In this document: piece by piece, positions 1-12,500 of the stretch
How the letters are laid out: the number at the start of each line of letters is the position of its first letter
How positions within the stretch are numbered: the first letter of the stretch is position 1
Assembly: GCF_001194135.2 (NCBI RefSeq)
Contig: NC_068987.1
Coordinates: 87,720,694 to 87,784,607 of the forward strand
Direction of reading: 5' to 3'
Source: Octopus bimaculoides
Taxonomy: Eukaryota
DNA length: 63,914 bases
Position numbers and translations under genes: made by a program
Notes under the pieces: model-generated
Seen by the model: only the letters and a program-made list of their open reading frames with translations
Told to the model about the DNA's origin: nothing
Databases searched by the model: none

Positions 1-42
<42 letters not shown>
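1..42. repeat. (AT)n microsatellite
   Basis: Direct reading. Confidence 0.95.
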
Positions 43-47
<5 letters not shown>

Positions 48-935
48 CATATAACAACTCTTGATTTTAGGAAACCCAAGTTTATTTTTGTGGTATGAAT
101 CTTTATACTATTCACACACAGTTGCACTAACGTATTTAAAGTAGCAAATAATTCTAAATTACAGCATTACAAATCATTAACATCACATAGCCACAGAGAC
201 TTACAATAATGAAACATAATAAATAGACCTTAAGTGATGAAATATCCAAACAGTTCCTAAATAACTTGATATTTAAGTGGGTGGTGGAATGGTTTCGTCT
301 TATAATAAAAAAAAAACGTGTTTAATAAATTCAAGAATTTGAGAGTGGAAAGGATATAGCTGAAAGTATATAAATATTAAAGCACAGGTTTACATTTTTT
401 TTAGACTTCTAACCTTTTTATATATATTATGAAGCATTGCTGAATTCTTGGTTAAGATTCCAGGTTATGACTCAACAATCTTAGATATTACTATTACATT
501 AAGATCCTTGAAAATTGAAATACAATATTTTTAAGCACACAATATTCCATTTTTATGTATTTGGTTTGCCAGTTTCTTGATGTGAATTCCTGATTTGAAA
601 CATTTTGTTGTATCTTGGGAGGGTCTTTATGCCAATAATGAACACACATTGGTTCTGTTTCACTTCTTTTATAATTATCAATCAATTCATTAACATTTAA
701 GCAATTAAAAATAATAAACTTATTAACTAATTAATTGTTTAATTAATCAATCAGTTAAGTTTATTAAAGACCTTTCATCATTGATTAGATCACAAATGAT
801 AATGAATGGACTTTAACAAACCTAGGTGATTGATTGACTGACCAAATGATTAATTAAAAAATCAGTTAATTGGTTAAATGGTTAACCAATTGACAAAAAT
901 AAAGTGAAATTGAATCAGCTCGTGTGTTTATTATT

Positions 936-1527
936 GGCATACTGTGTGGTAAGAAGTTTGCTTCTCAACTACATGGTTCCGGGTTCAGTCCCACTGCATA
1001 ACATCTTGGACAAGTGTCTTCTAATATAGCCACGAGCCAACCAAAGCCTTGTGAGTGGATTTGGTACACAGAAACTGAAAGAAGTCGCGAGCTGGCAAAA
1101 ATGTTAGCACGCCGGGAGAAATGCCTGGCGGTATTTCATCTGGCGTTATGTTCTGAGTTCAAATTCCGCCAAGGTCAACTTTGCCTTTCATCCTTTCGGG
1201 GTCGATAAACTAAGTACCAGTTACGCAATCTCTTTGACTGTCCTTGTTTGTCCCCTCTATGTTTAGCCCCTTGTGGGCAATAAAGAAATAAGAAACTGAA
1301 AGAAGCCCCTCTGTGTGTGTGTGTGTGTGTGTGTCTCCCCACCGCTACTGGACAACTGGTGTTGAGGTGTTTATGTCTCCATAACTTAGCAGTTCGGCAA
1401 CAGAGACCAATAGAATAAGTACTCAGCTTAAAAAAAAAAGTACTGGGATCGATTCGTTTAACTAAAATTCTTCTAGTCAGTGCCCCAGAATGGCCAGTCT
1501 TATGAACAAAACAAGTAAAAGATAAGA
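936..1527 (+). mobile_element. Family-A tRNA-derived SINE (CORE-like segment, internal (TG)n) with a nested family-C SINE
   Basis: B-box-like GGTTCAGTCC, a TTGG(G/A)CAAGTGTC segment, and a 3' end ...GAAACAAGTAAAAG. Confidence 0.8.
1085..1290 (+). mobile_element. Family-C SINE (Deu/Nin-like central domain)
   Basis: Exact 15-bp TSD AGAAACTGAAAGAAG. B-box-like GAGTTCAAATTC and core CCTTTCATCCTTTCGGGGTCGATAAA. Confidence 0.85.
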
Positions 1528-2544
1528 GATACTAACCCTCCTGAAATATAACAAAATATTTTAATACACCTTATTAGGCCTTATGGCTAAGGAAACTGGA
1601 ATTGAAGGAAGGCTGGAATCTAGAGGTGTCACACAGGCTCACTAGTGTGGGAATACACCCTACCGTCATGTGAACCAGTGACCATGCCAAAGGGTTAAAT
1701 AGGCCCTGTGCCTCATAGGTAAGCTTGGGAGAGCAGGAGACAAGCAGAGGTAAATTGTAAATAAACTGGCAGAAAGCAGCAAGGAAACCACTGCTGTAGC
1801 TGTCTCCGCAAAATTATAGATCTTCATATTTTGGCATATTCTGCAGGCATTAGAGAGAGGGAAGGAGAGGTTCTGTTAAATTTATTGGTAAAATAGAATC
1901 AAGAAAATTCAGCATTGGTTTAACTTCAGAAATGCATTGGTGGCATGAAGGAAAAACGGAATGAGAAAACATTCGATATAGAAATTAACTGAGAATATCA
2001 AATTTTGAAAATGTATTTTTGAAGTTCTTTTGATAGACACTAGAAAAACTCAAATTCCTTCTGAGTTTCCAATTAAGATTTTTGTAGGTGTAACAAGTGA
2101 GGGGTTAAGGGAAATTGTCCTGCACAAAACGTTAATAGGAGTGTGGTACGAAACATAAGCAAAATATAATTCCTTCTTATATATCCAGGGTTATTGGTGA
2201 ATTTTATACAGAATTTATTATTATAAAGAAGTATACAAAATTAAAAGTTTCAGTGTATGTTATCTAAACTTTAGTGCCTTCCATTTCTTTAATTATAACC
2301 TAAACATGGAAAACAGCAATCTTTTTTTTTTTTTTTATAAATAACTATTATTACGACTTGATAATGAATACATCGACAGTGTTTTGCAATGTTATGAAGT
2401 ATATAATCTTAGCAAGTGAAAAGGCAGCGTTGGGGTAAGAGGGAATATAACTTCAATATTGTTTCTTTCACAAAGGAAACAATAACAATTGAAAAAGAAA
2501 TTCACAAATAAATGTTCATTTGTATTATTAAGTCTTTTATTTAC

Positions 2545-2622
2545 CTTTGAGTGGAGTCATTAAACGGGGGAGCTGTACGTCTGGTCAGTGGGTGAATAAA
2601 TGTAGTCCTCTGTGAATTGTGA
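2545..2622 (-). CDS. PLEKHA7: PLEKHA5/6/7-like gene, coding exon (WW2 second half): (D)HNSQRTTFIHPLTRRTAPPFNDSTQ(R/S)
   Basis: Minus strand reads ctttttctctctattttcag|T CAC AAT TCA CAG AGG ACT ACA TTT ATT CAC CCA...CAA AG|gtaaat. It is 78 nt with a phase 2 start, completing YYVD-HN..RTTF.HP as in PLEKHA7 HNQQTTAFRHPVT. Confidence 0.9.
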
Positions 2623-3217
2623 CTGAAAATAGAGAGAAAAAGTTATTGTACTTTTTGTGTACACAACAGATATCAAAGTTGACACTAAAATAATCCGAGT
2701 AGAAAAGTAAGTAAAAACAAACCTGAAATTATAGAGACAGACAGACAGACAGATAAAGATTTTTTTTTTTTTCTGATTAAAATGTTTTGTGCTTTTGGGG
2801 TTTTTTTTTTTTTTGTTTTCTTTCCTCTTTTTTCCTGGAGAAACTGTTGTATATGTGTTGCTTTTAAGAAAAAGATTTGAACTTTAAGTGAAAAAAGTAA
2901 GCCATAATTCCAGTTTGGTGTACATAAATGTGTTGATAGAGAAGTGTACGAAGCTGTGAGTTACTTGAAACATAGGTAATAATGCGAAAAGTGTTTCTGA
3001 CAACAGAGAAATGGCAATATCAGAAGAAGGAGAAACATCACTTGGCTGACATTTCTACCAGTATGACATGGCAAACTAGTTTTATTTTTGACACTTTCAT
3101 TTACTTATTACCAAACACTATAATCTATTTGTTACAAAAACAAAAAAGACAAAAAAAAAATTATTGTATTTATTCATATGTTGCACTATTTTATACCTGA
3201 TTAACTGGAAAAAACTG

Positions 3218-3362
3218 GGTAATTTTTCAGATTAACACGTGCACGATCTTCACTAGGGGGTTACGGTTTTAGGGTATTCCGTCCGTAACCGTAACCCTAA
3301 CCCTAAAAACTAACCCTAACACCCTAGTGAATATCGTGCAGCTGTTAATCTGAAAAATTACC
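3218..3362. mobile_element. 145-bp palindromic MITE, GG termini, 8-bp TSD (Merlin-like), telomere-like core
   Basis: 41-bp TIR GGTAATTTTTCAGATTAACA... (38/41 match). Flanks are AAAAACTG and AAAAACTA. The core has TAACCC/CCCTAA repeats. Confidence 0.75.
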
Positions 3363-4259
3363 AAAAACTAGGCTACAATTCATACTTGGAGCAAAACTAT
3401 GAAAAAACTATGAAAAGAAAAAAGTTTGTACCAAGATTTAACACTAAATTAGAGGCATGACTTAACGAGTAAATACAGTGGCTAAAATACTTAATTGCAA
3501 ACACAAGCAAAGTACTGCTTCATAAAATATAAATTAATTCTTCACATTTATATTCAATGTCAGTTTTTAACATGTGCAAGGATGTTAAATTGAAATCTAT
3601 CATAATTAAGTTTTTAACAAAAAAAAAAATACAGTTAATCCTATCTCTGAATGTGAAAGTATGTGAAAACATTATTTATTTACCTAAGCGCTAACAATCC
3701 ATTTTCATCAGAAAATCTTTAGACCCATCTTGAACTATGTGAGGTGTGATGGCAAGTTTAGATAGTCAACACAAGAGTTTTTCCAACTGAATAAAAGCCA
3801 AGCCAGACTAAAGATATTTATAGTGCTGTGTTTCCATAACAGTCACAGCCTTGTCATTGTAATAGGAATCTACTCAATGATAAATATAAAATGGATTCAG
3901 ATGAATGCTCTCATCAAGGAAATAACCTTGTGTTTAGTTAAAAGGTGTTCACAAAAGAATGCCAATACAATATCTGACTCTGGATTTACAAAACTAGGAA
4001 TATATTACTGACAATGTACATCACTGCATTCAATTTGTATATCAATTATTTTGCTAGTCTTTTCCTAAATTGTGCAATTAGATAAGGCTAGCATTTAGTG
4101 TCAGCATTTTCTGGTGTTATTAAGAAGCTTGCTTGGCAACCATATAATTTCAGGTTTTGTATCACTGCATGGCACCTTGAGCAAGTATCTTCTACGACGA
4201 TCTTGAGCCAACCAATATTTTGTGAATGAATTTGGGAGATAAAAACAGTGTTGAAGCCT

Positions 4260-4300
<41 letters not shown>

Positions 4301-4799
4301 TCTCTCTCTCTCTCTCTCACCATTACCCTTGACAACCAGTATTAGTTTCTTTGCGTCCCCTTACCTTAACAGTTTCAGCAGAGGAAATCGATAAAGTGCA
4401 AAGATTTAATAAGCAATGGGGTCAATGTGTTTGACTAAAGTGCCCCAGCATGACAAAAATGGGTAAAAGATTTAGTTGACATTAAACTTTGTAAATTAAT
4501 TAATAACACTAATAATAATTTACTTTTCAGCATGGGTACTCATTTATATGTAAATATCACCATAAAAAAAATTAGGGAAATAAAATATAATTAAGCAATT
4601 TTATTAATTAAAAACAAAATATATGCAATCAAATTAGCCAAGCTATTATTTTTGGATGAGGAACAAGTCATTAAAAAGTGATATATTGTGCAAATACAAA
4701 GTGAATAAATACACCTCAGTAGTCTTATCTGATAAGCTTTAAACTTTGCGACAGAAATGTATAATTATTGAATAAAAGGATTTAGTTTGAAGAATAAAT

Positions 4800-5430
4800 G
4801 GATCTTGTTCAAAACGGGGGCGCCAGTTTTCATTTATGTTTTATGTAGTGTTTTTGGTACCGAAAGACTTTCAAACTTCGTATACTTATCTATTTTGTGT
4901 TATAGAACAGGAAAACATTTTTGTATTCGAATTTATTTCATGTAAAAAATTGTCTTATTTCGATAATTTCTACTAATCACTGACGTCTATTCAGTTGAAA
5001 ACAGTTAGCGCGGTAACGGTGTATATCGTATTAATCCCCTAACCCTAACTAGACTGTTAACCCTAACCCTAACTCTAGAATCCGAACTCTAAAATTGTTA
5101 CACACATAGATACGCACAGCGTAATTTATTATATAAACAATATATGCGTATAAATTACGATTAAACCGGATGAAATATGTCACAGGGAATAACATTTTTA
5201 TGACCGCCCAGCAGTAACTCTATTCAGCTGAATAGACGTCAGTGATTGGTTGAAATTACAGAAATACGACAACTTTAACATGGAATAACTTGCGATGTAC
5301 GTTTTTTTGTTAAGAAGACTAAGAGTAAAAGATGTTTTATATGACACATTCTACCAGTGTCCCAAGTTTCAAAGTGTTTCGTTAGTGTTTCGTTAAGAAA
5401 ATACTGGTGCCCCCGTTTTGAACTAGATCC
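4800..5430. mobile_element. 631-bp MITE, GG termini, exact 8-bp TSD (Merlin-like), telomere-like core
   Basis: 28-bp TIR GGATCT(T/A)GTTCAAAACGGGGGC(G/A)CCAGT (26/28). TSD is GAATAAAT. There is a second internal inverted repeat (about 4974-4999/5222-5248) and CCCTAACCCTAA repeats at about 5036-5075. Confidence 0.85.
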
Positions 5431-5843
5431 GAATAAATTACAGTTTGATTCAATAAAAATCGAAATTAATTTATTCCCAAAAATATGCATGGAGGTGGTT
5501 AAATGCTATTTAGTATAATTTTCTTCATTAAAGTTAATTGCCAACAATTAGACCAAATATCCAATTAATTCAAAACTGTTCACGTGTTAATCAACATTTT
5601 AGTTTAAAATAACTAAATATTTTAACGTTTATTTGATATTATTCACAAAATAGTTAAATTGTAATAACTACGCATCAAATTCTAGTAATCTTTTTCCTTT
5701 CTGTTAAGTGAATGTTGTCTAGTGTTTGGAAAGGTCCTTGTTCATATGGTTAACAGACCAATCTTGTAATAATTGTTACATGGCTTACTTAAGGACCACC
5801 AGATCACAGAACAAGGGAACCTGGAGAAAGGCTTTCTCCTAAT

Positions 5844-6075
5844 CATCATCATCATTGTTTAATGTCTGCCTTCCATGCTAGCATGGGTTGGACGATTTGA
5901 CTGAGGACTGGCGAACCAGATGGCTACACCAACCTCCAATCTGATTTGGCAGAGTTTCTACAGCTGGATGCCCTTCCTAACGCCAACCATTCAGAGAGTG
6001 TAGTGGGTGCTTTTACGTGCCACCAGCACGAAGGCTAGTCAGGCAGTACTGGCAACAGCCACGCTCAAAATGGTG
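5844..6075 (-). mobile_element. RTE LINE 3' UTR copy
   Basis: Same tail and UTR as 49445-49910. Confidence 0.75.
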
Positions 6076-7337
6076 ATCGATGAATGTAAAGTACAGTGGC
6101 TTACTTTTAATAAGATGCTTTTCTTGAAATTGTCTTACTAGGAAGATAACATCAGTAGTATTTCTCGCTGGTACAAAACCAAACTGCATCTCATCTAATC
6201 CAATTCTCCTAATTAATTGAGTAGATAACTCTCTCCATAACTTTTGTAACCTAGTCCAGCAGTTTGATACCCGGTGACTTTACCCTGCATTATGGAGTGA
6301 ATTAACTCAAACATTTGGCAGAGAATCAGCTGTAACAATTACAATTAGCCCATCCCACTTGGCTATGCATTAAAGAAATGCAGCAGTATGTTTAACAAAA
6401 AAATAATTTTATACTTTATTAAAAGTCAATTCATAAGAAACTAAAATAAAATTGATTGCTTACAAATAAAACTTACATTTCTTTTTTTTTTAAATACAAT
6501 ACATTTCTAAAGATAACAGAATGAAAGCTTTCAAGAGTACATTTATTTACATACTTCACAGGTAAGAATGACTTACAGTCACAGACAGTAAAAATAGATT
6601 TATTTATATATTTTCTGATACAATTTTAAAAATAAGTTCTATGACCTGATATATGAATTTCTAAAGCATTTTGTATTGGAAGTTTATAGCTAATAGCAAA
6701 GTGGTTGATATATCTATAACACTGAAAACCAGTTTCCTTTACATGCCATGGTCATGTGGTTTCTTTTGCTTTTTGATACAAAGATATATATTTTAATGTT
6801 TATACATATTCCTTATTACTTTATATTTAATACTGGAAATGACATTTTCTATGACCTTAATCTTAAAAGTAGAAGAATTAAACTATTATTATATCTAAGT
6901 TTTCAGCTAAGTTGAAATCATCATCACCATTTAACATACACTTTTCCATGCTTATAGAGGTTGGACAGAGTTTATTGAAGTAAATTTCTACAACTGGATG
7001 CCCTTCCTGTCACCAATCCTTACTGGTTTCCAAGTAAATTAGTGTTTTGCCATGGCTAGATATGATTTCACAGAATATTGATAATGAATGACACTACTTG
7101 TACGACAGCGATATGCATTTACAACTGCCATGAGGTATCAAGACAAGATGACACAAACACACATACATATATAAAATTGGCTTTTTTTCAGTTTCTATCA
7201 ACCAAATCCTGTCAGAAGACTGATTATAATGCAGTTAACTGAAAAATCTGAAATAATACAACACGAAAATGAACTTTAAGATATAAGATAAACCAAGTAA
7301 TCAAATCTATGTTCACTGGTATTTTCCTTCTATGTGC

Positions 7338-7684
7338 CGTAGTGGTCAATGCCAGTGCCGCCTGACTAGCACCCATGTCAGTGGCACGTGAAAAGTACCA
7401 TTCGAGCATGGTCAATGCCAGTGCTGCCTGAGTGGCTCTCATGCCAGTGGTACGTAAAAAGCACCATTCAAGCATGGTCGATGCCAGTGCCGCCTGACTG
7501 GCCCTCGTGCCCGTGGCATGTAAAAAGCACCCACTACATTCTCGGAGTGTTTGGCATTAGGAAGGGCATCCAGCTGTAGAAACCTTGCCAAATCAGTTTG
7601 GAGTCTGGTGCAGCCTCCTGGCTTGCCAGTCCTCAGTCAAACCGTCCAACCCATGCCAGCATGGAAAGCAGAAGTTAAACGATG
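7338..7684 (+). mobile_element. RTE LINE 3' UTR copy (about 4 units)
   Basis: Same UTR units and tail. Confidence 0.75.
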
Positions 7685-9049
7685 CTGTATACATTCTTCA
7701 TTCTTCTCATTTTGAAAAGACAGCATTATTTCAATTCCTCGTTACAACCACTTCCCTGAAATTGTTATTAAAACACATTAAAAATATTCAAATTTCTTTT
7801 ACTTGCACTTCCATAAACCGAAGAATTAATGAAAAGAATTACTAAAAAGGTAATGAATTTCTTGAAAATTTTTCTAATATTATAAATTACATTTCAGCAA
7901 TTTAAGAATTTCATACAGCATTTATGCCAATAGTTTATGACCATCAATATTACAGAAAATATGAATATTTCAAATTATAGTAAACTCCTTATTAGATATT
8001 TAATTAATTGGAACTCTCACAAAACCAGCACCCAGGAAGAAAAAAAGAAAAAAGAAAACGTGTTGTTAATTAGAGTTTAGAAAAATATGCTAATTTGTGT
8101 TAATTGATTGTCATTAAAAGACAAAGTTTCTATTGTGTCTAAAATGGATTGTTCCTTCCCAAAAAACAGTTTTTTTAATTTTGCTGCATTTACAGAATCT
8201 GTATTTCATTAGGTTAATAAAACTTATTTGTTATTTAAATTAAACTTTTATTTCTTCCTATTTCCTTCATTTCTACAGTATCCAGAATATCAATGATAAC
8301 ACCTGATTGATGTATCATCATTAATAGGCCTGGCTGTGTGGTAAGAAGTTTACCTCCTGACTGAAGATGGCACTGAAGCATCACCACAGACCAATGACTG
8401 AAACCAATAAAAGAATAGAGAGAAAGGATGGAAAATGAAAAGCAATTAGTAGTCTATTAACACCATACACTTAGAAGAAGCTTTATACCCACCCCACCAG
8501 TACAACACTTACGAACCTATGTTCTTATGTGTGTATTTTTTTAATAGATTTAATAAGAAAAGGGCAGGCAATATCCACGACCCTTTCAAGGACCTCTAAG
8601 ATTGGTCAGGGAAGGGTAGATGGTTATCTGTATGCAGGAAACCTGGCTCAAATGCTGGCAATGGAGTAGATTCCATTGGTGGCACCAAAGAGCCAGATTG
8701 TACTGTAAAAACTAGTATACCAACAGGGATAGTTATTCATATGAGATTCCACACAGTTTCTGATTATCAATTTTATTCACAAGGCTTTTGTCAGCCTGAG
8801 GCTATAAGAGACATTTATTCAAGGCTTCATACAATGGAATTGAAACCAAAACCATGTAGTTGTGAAGTAAAATTCTGAAGCATACAACTATGTCTGAGAA
8901 AAAGAAAGTAAAAAAAAAAAAGTGCTTAACCTACAGCTTTAAATTACAATCAGATTGGATTCAAAAGAGTTGCTAATAATCAAGATATTATTACCCACAA
9001 GGTTCAGTCTTTGTTGTAATGTGATAGCTTCCGTGTATCAGTTGCCCTG

Positions 9050-9280
9050 AGACATATGCCAAGAGAACTCAAGCTCCTTGTAGGGCCTACCATGCTGGAT
9101 AGGCCAAAAGATAGAGACCAGATATGGACCATCTCTTCCCAGAGGTCTAAACAGATTTGTGTAGGGCAAACAGACCTGCCTAGAAAAACCAACAAGCCCA
9201 GGGAGAAGGCCTAAAAGGCAACTCAGCACCGAGAACAGTCATTGATGGGCCAATGCTCCATAGGGAAAGAAAGGTTTAAG
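9050..9280 (+). mobile_element. Decayed 3' end of a second RTE-like LINE
   Basis: Reads ..DRPK...RKTNKPREKA*KATQHRE.., then (frameshifted) RTVIDG and GGGCCAATGCTCC, resembling the RTE C-terminal W..LV.GLCS. Confidence 0.4.
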
Positions 9281-9755
9281 AAAGATGCTATTATGATTAT
9301 TAATCTCAAAGAATTAGAACAAGAGTTTTTTTTTCATGCTGATTTTATTGATTAGACATAAAGTCTGTTTTATAAAAGACAGCTATAAACCAAATTGATA
9401 CATTTACAGATATTTGTTTTATTGATACCAAAGGGATAGAAATCAAAACAAACCCTAATGGTTCACTTAACCTCAGATTGTTTCATATAATAACAGTTAT
9501 TGCTTTTCCATATAATTTTCATTTCATTTATTTATTTATTTTATATTACTTTTTGTGAACTCTAATGTCATTGGTTACAGATTTCTGACAGGCTAATTAC
9601 TGGTTCACTAAATTTACAACTGTCAGAGTGGCAAGGGAGTATTTGTGAAATTAAAGTCAAATATATAACACCAAAGGGCAATTTTTGTTGGAAAGCACTG
9701 GTTGATAGATTTTCTTGCCAATTCTTACATCTTTCACCAATATACATCAGTAAGG

Positions 9756-9756
<1 letters not shown>

Positions 9757-9809
<53 letters not shown>
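9757..9809. repeat. (AC)n microsatellite; many others occur (e.g. 4263-4317, 9925-10014, 18775-18890, 29600-29707, 52294-52377)
   Basis: Direct reading. Confidence 0.95.
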
Positions 9810-9811
<2 letters not shown>

Positions 9812-9826
9812 TTCTGTTTCAAACAA

Positions 9827-9922
9827 GGTGCAGATGCAGCCGTGTGGTTAAGAAGTTTCTAATATAGCCCTGAGTCAACCAAAGCCTTGAAAGTGGATAT
9901 GGTAGATGGAAACTGAAGGAAG

Positions 9923-10003
<81 letters not shown>

Positions 10004-10240
10004 GCGTGTGTGTGCATCCGTCCGTCCTTGTCTTGACATTGCATGATTGTTGTGAATGAATGTCCTGTCCAATATTCTGCATAAACATGTCTGGTCATGT
10101 TGGGGAAATACTAGCTTGCTTGGAAACAAGGGCTGGCAGCAGGAAGAACATCCAGCTGTACAAAATCTGCCTCAATAAACCATCTGACCCATGCAAGCTT
10201 GGAAAAGTGGATATCAAAATGATGATGGTAATGATGATGA
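9827..10240 (+). mobile_element. Family-A2 SINE (A head plus RTE-like 3' tail)
   Basis: A-type 5' part, (TG)n, then ...GGAAGAACATCCAGCTGTAC...GGAAAAGTGGATATCAAAATGATGATG. Other copies lie at about 6917-7220(-), 27778-28330, 40030-40325, 52150-53172, 56635-57003 and 57470-57840(-). Confidence 0.75.
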
Positions 10241-10454
10241 TGACCATAATGGTAAAGGCAATAGTAGAAGACACTTGCCCAAGAGCCATACAATGAGGTG
10301 AAATTTGGAATCACATGGTTTTGAAGAAAATTTCTTCATGTTACCATGTCTGCAAGGAGAGGCAGCATAGTCAACAAATTTTGTAATGGTAAGCACGAAG
10401 AACCTCCTTAAAATGTTGGCACTTAATATCAAGTTCTTTTACAAGAATAAATTT

Positions 10455-10737
10455 CAATCGAGCCTCTATTGAGGCAATGACCAAGACCTTTGGCATTATG
10501 TCGAGCTTAAGAAGAAGAAGACCGATCAAGCTGAGCAAAAGTCACACAAATGGCACCCGTGCCGGTGACATGTGAAAGCACCTGTTACACTCTCAGAGTG
10601 GTTGGCATTAGGAGGGGCATCCAGCCATAGAAAACCATGCCAAACCAGACTGGATCTTGGTACAGCCTTCCAGCATGCTAGCCCAGTCAAACCATCCAAC
10701 CCATGCCAGCATGGACAACAGACGTTAAATGATTATG
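10455..10737 (+). mobile_element. RTE LINE 3' end copy
   Basis: A GAGGCAATGACC ORF remnant is followed by the UTR and tail. Confidence 0.65.
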
Positions 10738-11842
10738 GTGATAAACAGTTTTATGCTGAAGAAATCAGGGTCTGGATTTCTAAAATATGGTCGAGTAAAG
10801 CATGGCTCTGTGGAGGCACAGGCATAACTGAATGGCTAAGAAGCTTGCTTTGCAACCACATGGTCTCAGGTTCTGCCCTACTGCATGGCACTTCAGGCAA
10901 ATGTCTTCTACAATAACCCCAGGCCATCCAAAGCCTTCTGAGCGAATTTGGCAGATAGAAACTGTGTGGAAGCAAGTGTGTGTGAGTGTGTATGCATGTG
11001 TGCATGCACATTTATGCGTGCGTATGCGTGTATGCTCACCACTACTTGACAACCAATGTTGGTTTGTTTACATTCCCATAACTTAGTAGTTCAGCAAAAG
11101 TAACTGTTAGAATAAGCACCAGTCTCAAAAATAAGTACCGGGGTCAATTCCTTCATCTGAAACCTTCAAGGAAGTGCCCCAGCATGGCCATAGGCCAATG
11201 ACAAAAAAGAAAAACTGAAATCATAAGACCTCACTTGATACTTTCTAATCATTTTTAATGGTTCCATTTGGTGGGAGAGCAGCCCTCAGCCTTTTTCTCC
11301 CTGGTGGAGAAGAAGGGACATCTTATAGATCATCCTCAGATTGAACACTGAATCTAAGGCTTCGATGAAGTGGACTCCACTGAAAAAACCCAACCACTAG
11401 GTGGCAGTGAGAAGAGAAATAAGTCTACTGTCCAAGTGACAAAAAAAAACCCCTTTTTTTTTTTAATCATTTGCCTATCCAAAACATTTTCAAAAGTTTG
11501 TCCAGTTTGTCCAGTAGACATTCAGGCTTTTGGTCAGCCCTTCTTTCACCCATGTCTGTGTAATATAAAGCTTTCTTTTCATAAGTCACAAGTTACTCTG
11601 ACAGTTGTAAAAAGAAAATTAGGAATGTGTATCATATACAATGCATGGACACTAGCAAAATATGTCCTGTGCATCAGTGCTACTCAAAGTGGTAGTCTAC
11701 AGACCAGCACTGGTCCACAAGCCATCAGCTGCCATTATGTGGCAAGTTTTCAGAAAGGAAAGAAACATAAAATGCTTATGTAATATTGTATTATTTGTTT
11801 ACAAAATAAATATAAGATAAAAAAAATTGTCAACTTTTATTA

Positions 11843-12500
11843 CACTCTTTATACTCTTTTACTCTTTTACTTGTTTCAGTCATTTGACTGCAGCCATGCT
11901 GGAGCACCGCCATTAGTCGAGCAAATCGACCCCAGGACTTATTCTTTGTAAGCCTAGTACTTATTCTATCGGTCTCTTTTGCTGAACTGCTATGTTACGG
12001 GGACGTAAACACACCAGCATCAGTTGTCAAGCAATGGTGAGGGGACNNNNNNNNNNNNNNNNNNNNNNNNNNNNNNNNNNNNNNNNNNNNNNNNNNNNNN
12101 NNNNNNNNNNNNNNNNNNNNNNNNNNNNNNNNNNNNNNNNNNNNNNNNNNNNNNNNNNNNNNNNNNNNNNNNNNNNNNNNNNNNNNNNNNNNNNNNNNNN
12201 NNNNNNNNNNNNNNNNNNNNNNNNNNNNNNNNNNNNNNNNNNNNNNNNNNNNNNNNNNNNNNNNNNNNNNNNNNNNNNNNNNNNNNNNNNNNNNTTTCCT
12301 TCATCATATATATATATATGTGTGTACATATATACGATGGGCTTCTTTCAGTTTCCGCCTACCAAATCCACTCACAAGGCTTTGGTCGGCCCGAGGCTAT
12401 AGTAGAAGACACTTTCCCAAGGTGTCACGCAGTGGGACTGAACCCAGAACCATGTGGTTGGTAAGCAAGCTACTTACCACACAGCCACTCCTGTGCCTAT
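11843..12500 (-). mobile_element. Family-A SINE spanning an N gap
   Basis: A (CTTTTA)n tail on the left and the head on the right. The gap sits at the internal microsatellite. Confidence 0.8.
12047..12294. other. Assembly gap (others at 13273-13788, 27853-27862, 33910-33919, 61173-61603)
   Basis: Runs of N, flanked mostly by microsatellites or poly-G. Confidence 0.99.

Noticed and set aside
1590-1842. Possible next PLEKHA exon after a ctctaatgcctgcag acceptor
   Set aside because: The in-phase frame is open for about 57 codons but has no good donor and no family resemblance.
2412-3069. Apparent plus-strand exons (QVKRQRW, DIKVDTKIIRVE, GNNAKSVSDNREMAISEEGETSLG*)
   Set aside because: The phases do not chain to a recognisable protein. 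The real exon here is on the minus strand (2545-2622).
6530-6555. Recursive-splice-like TTCACAG|GTAAGA
   Set aside because: It is on the strand opposite the host gene. No equivalent was found on the minus strand.
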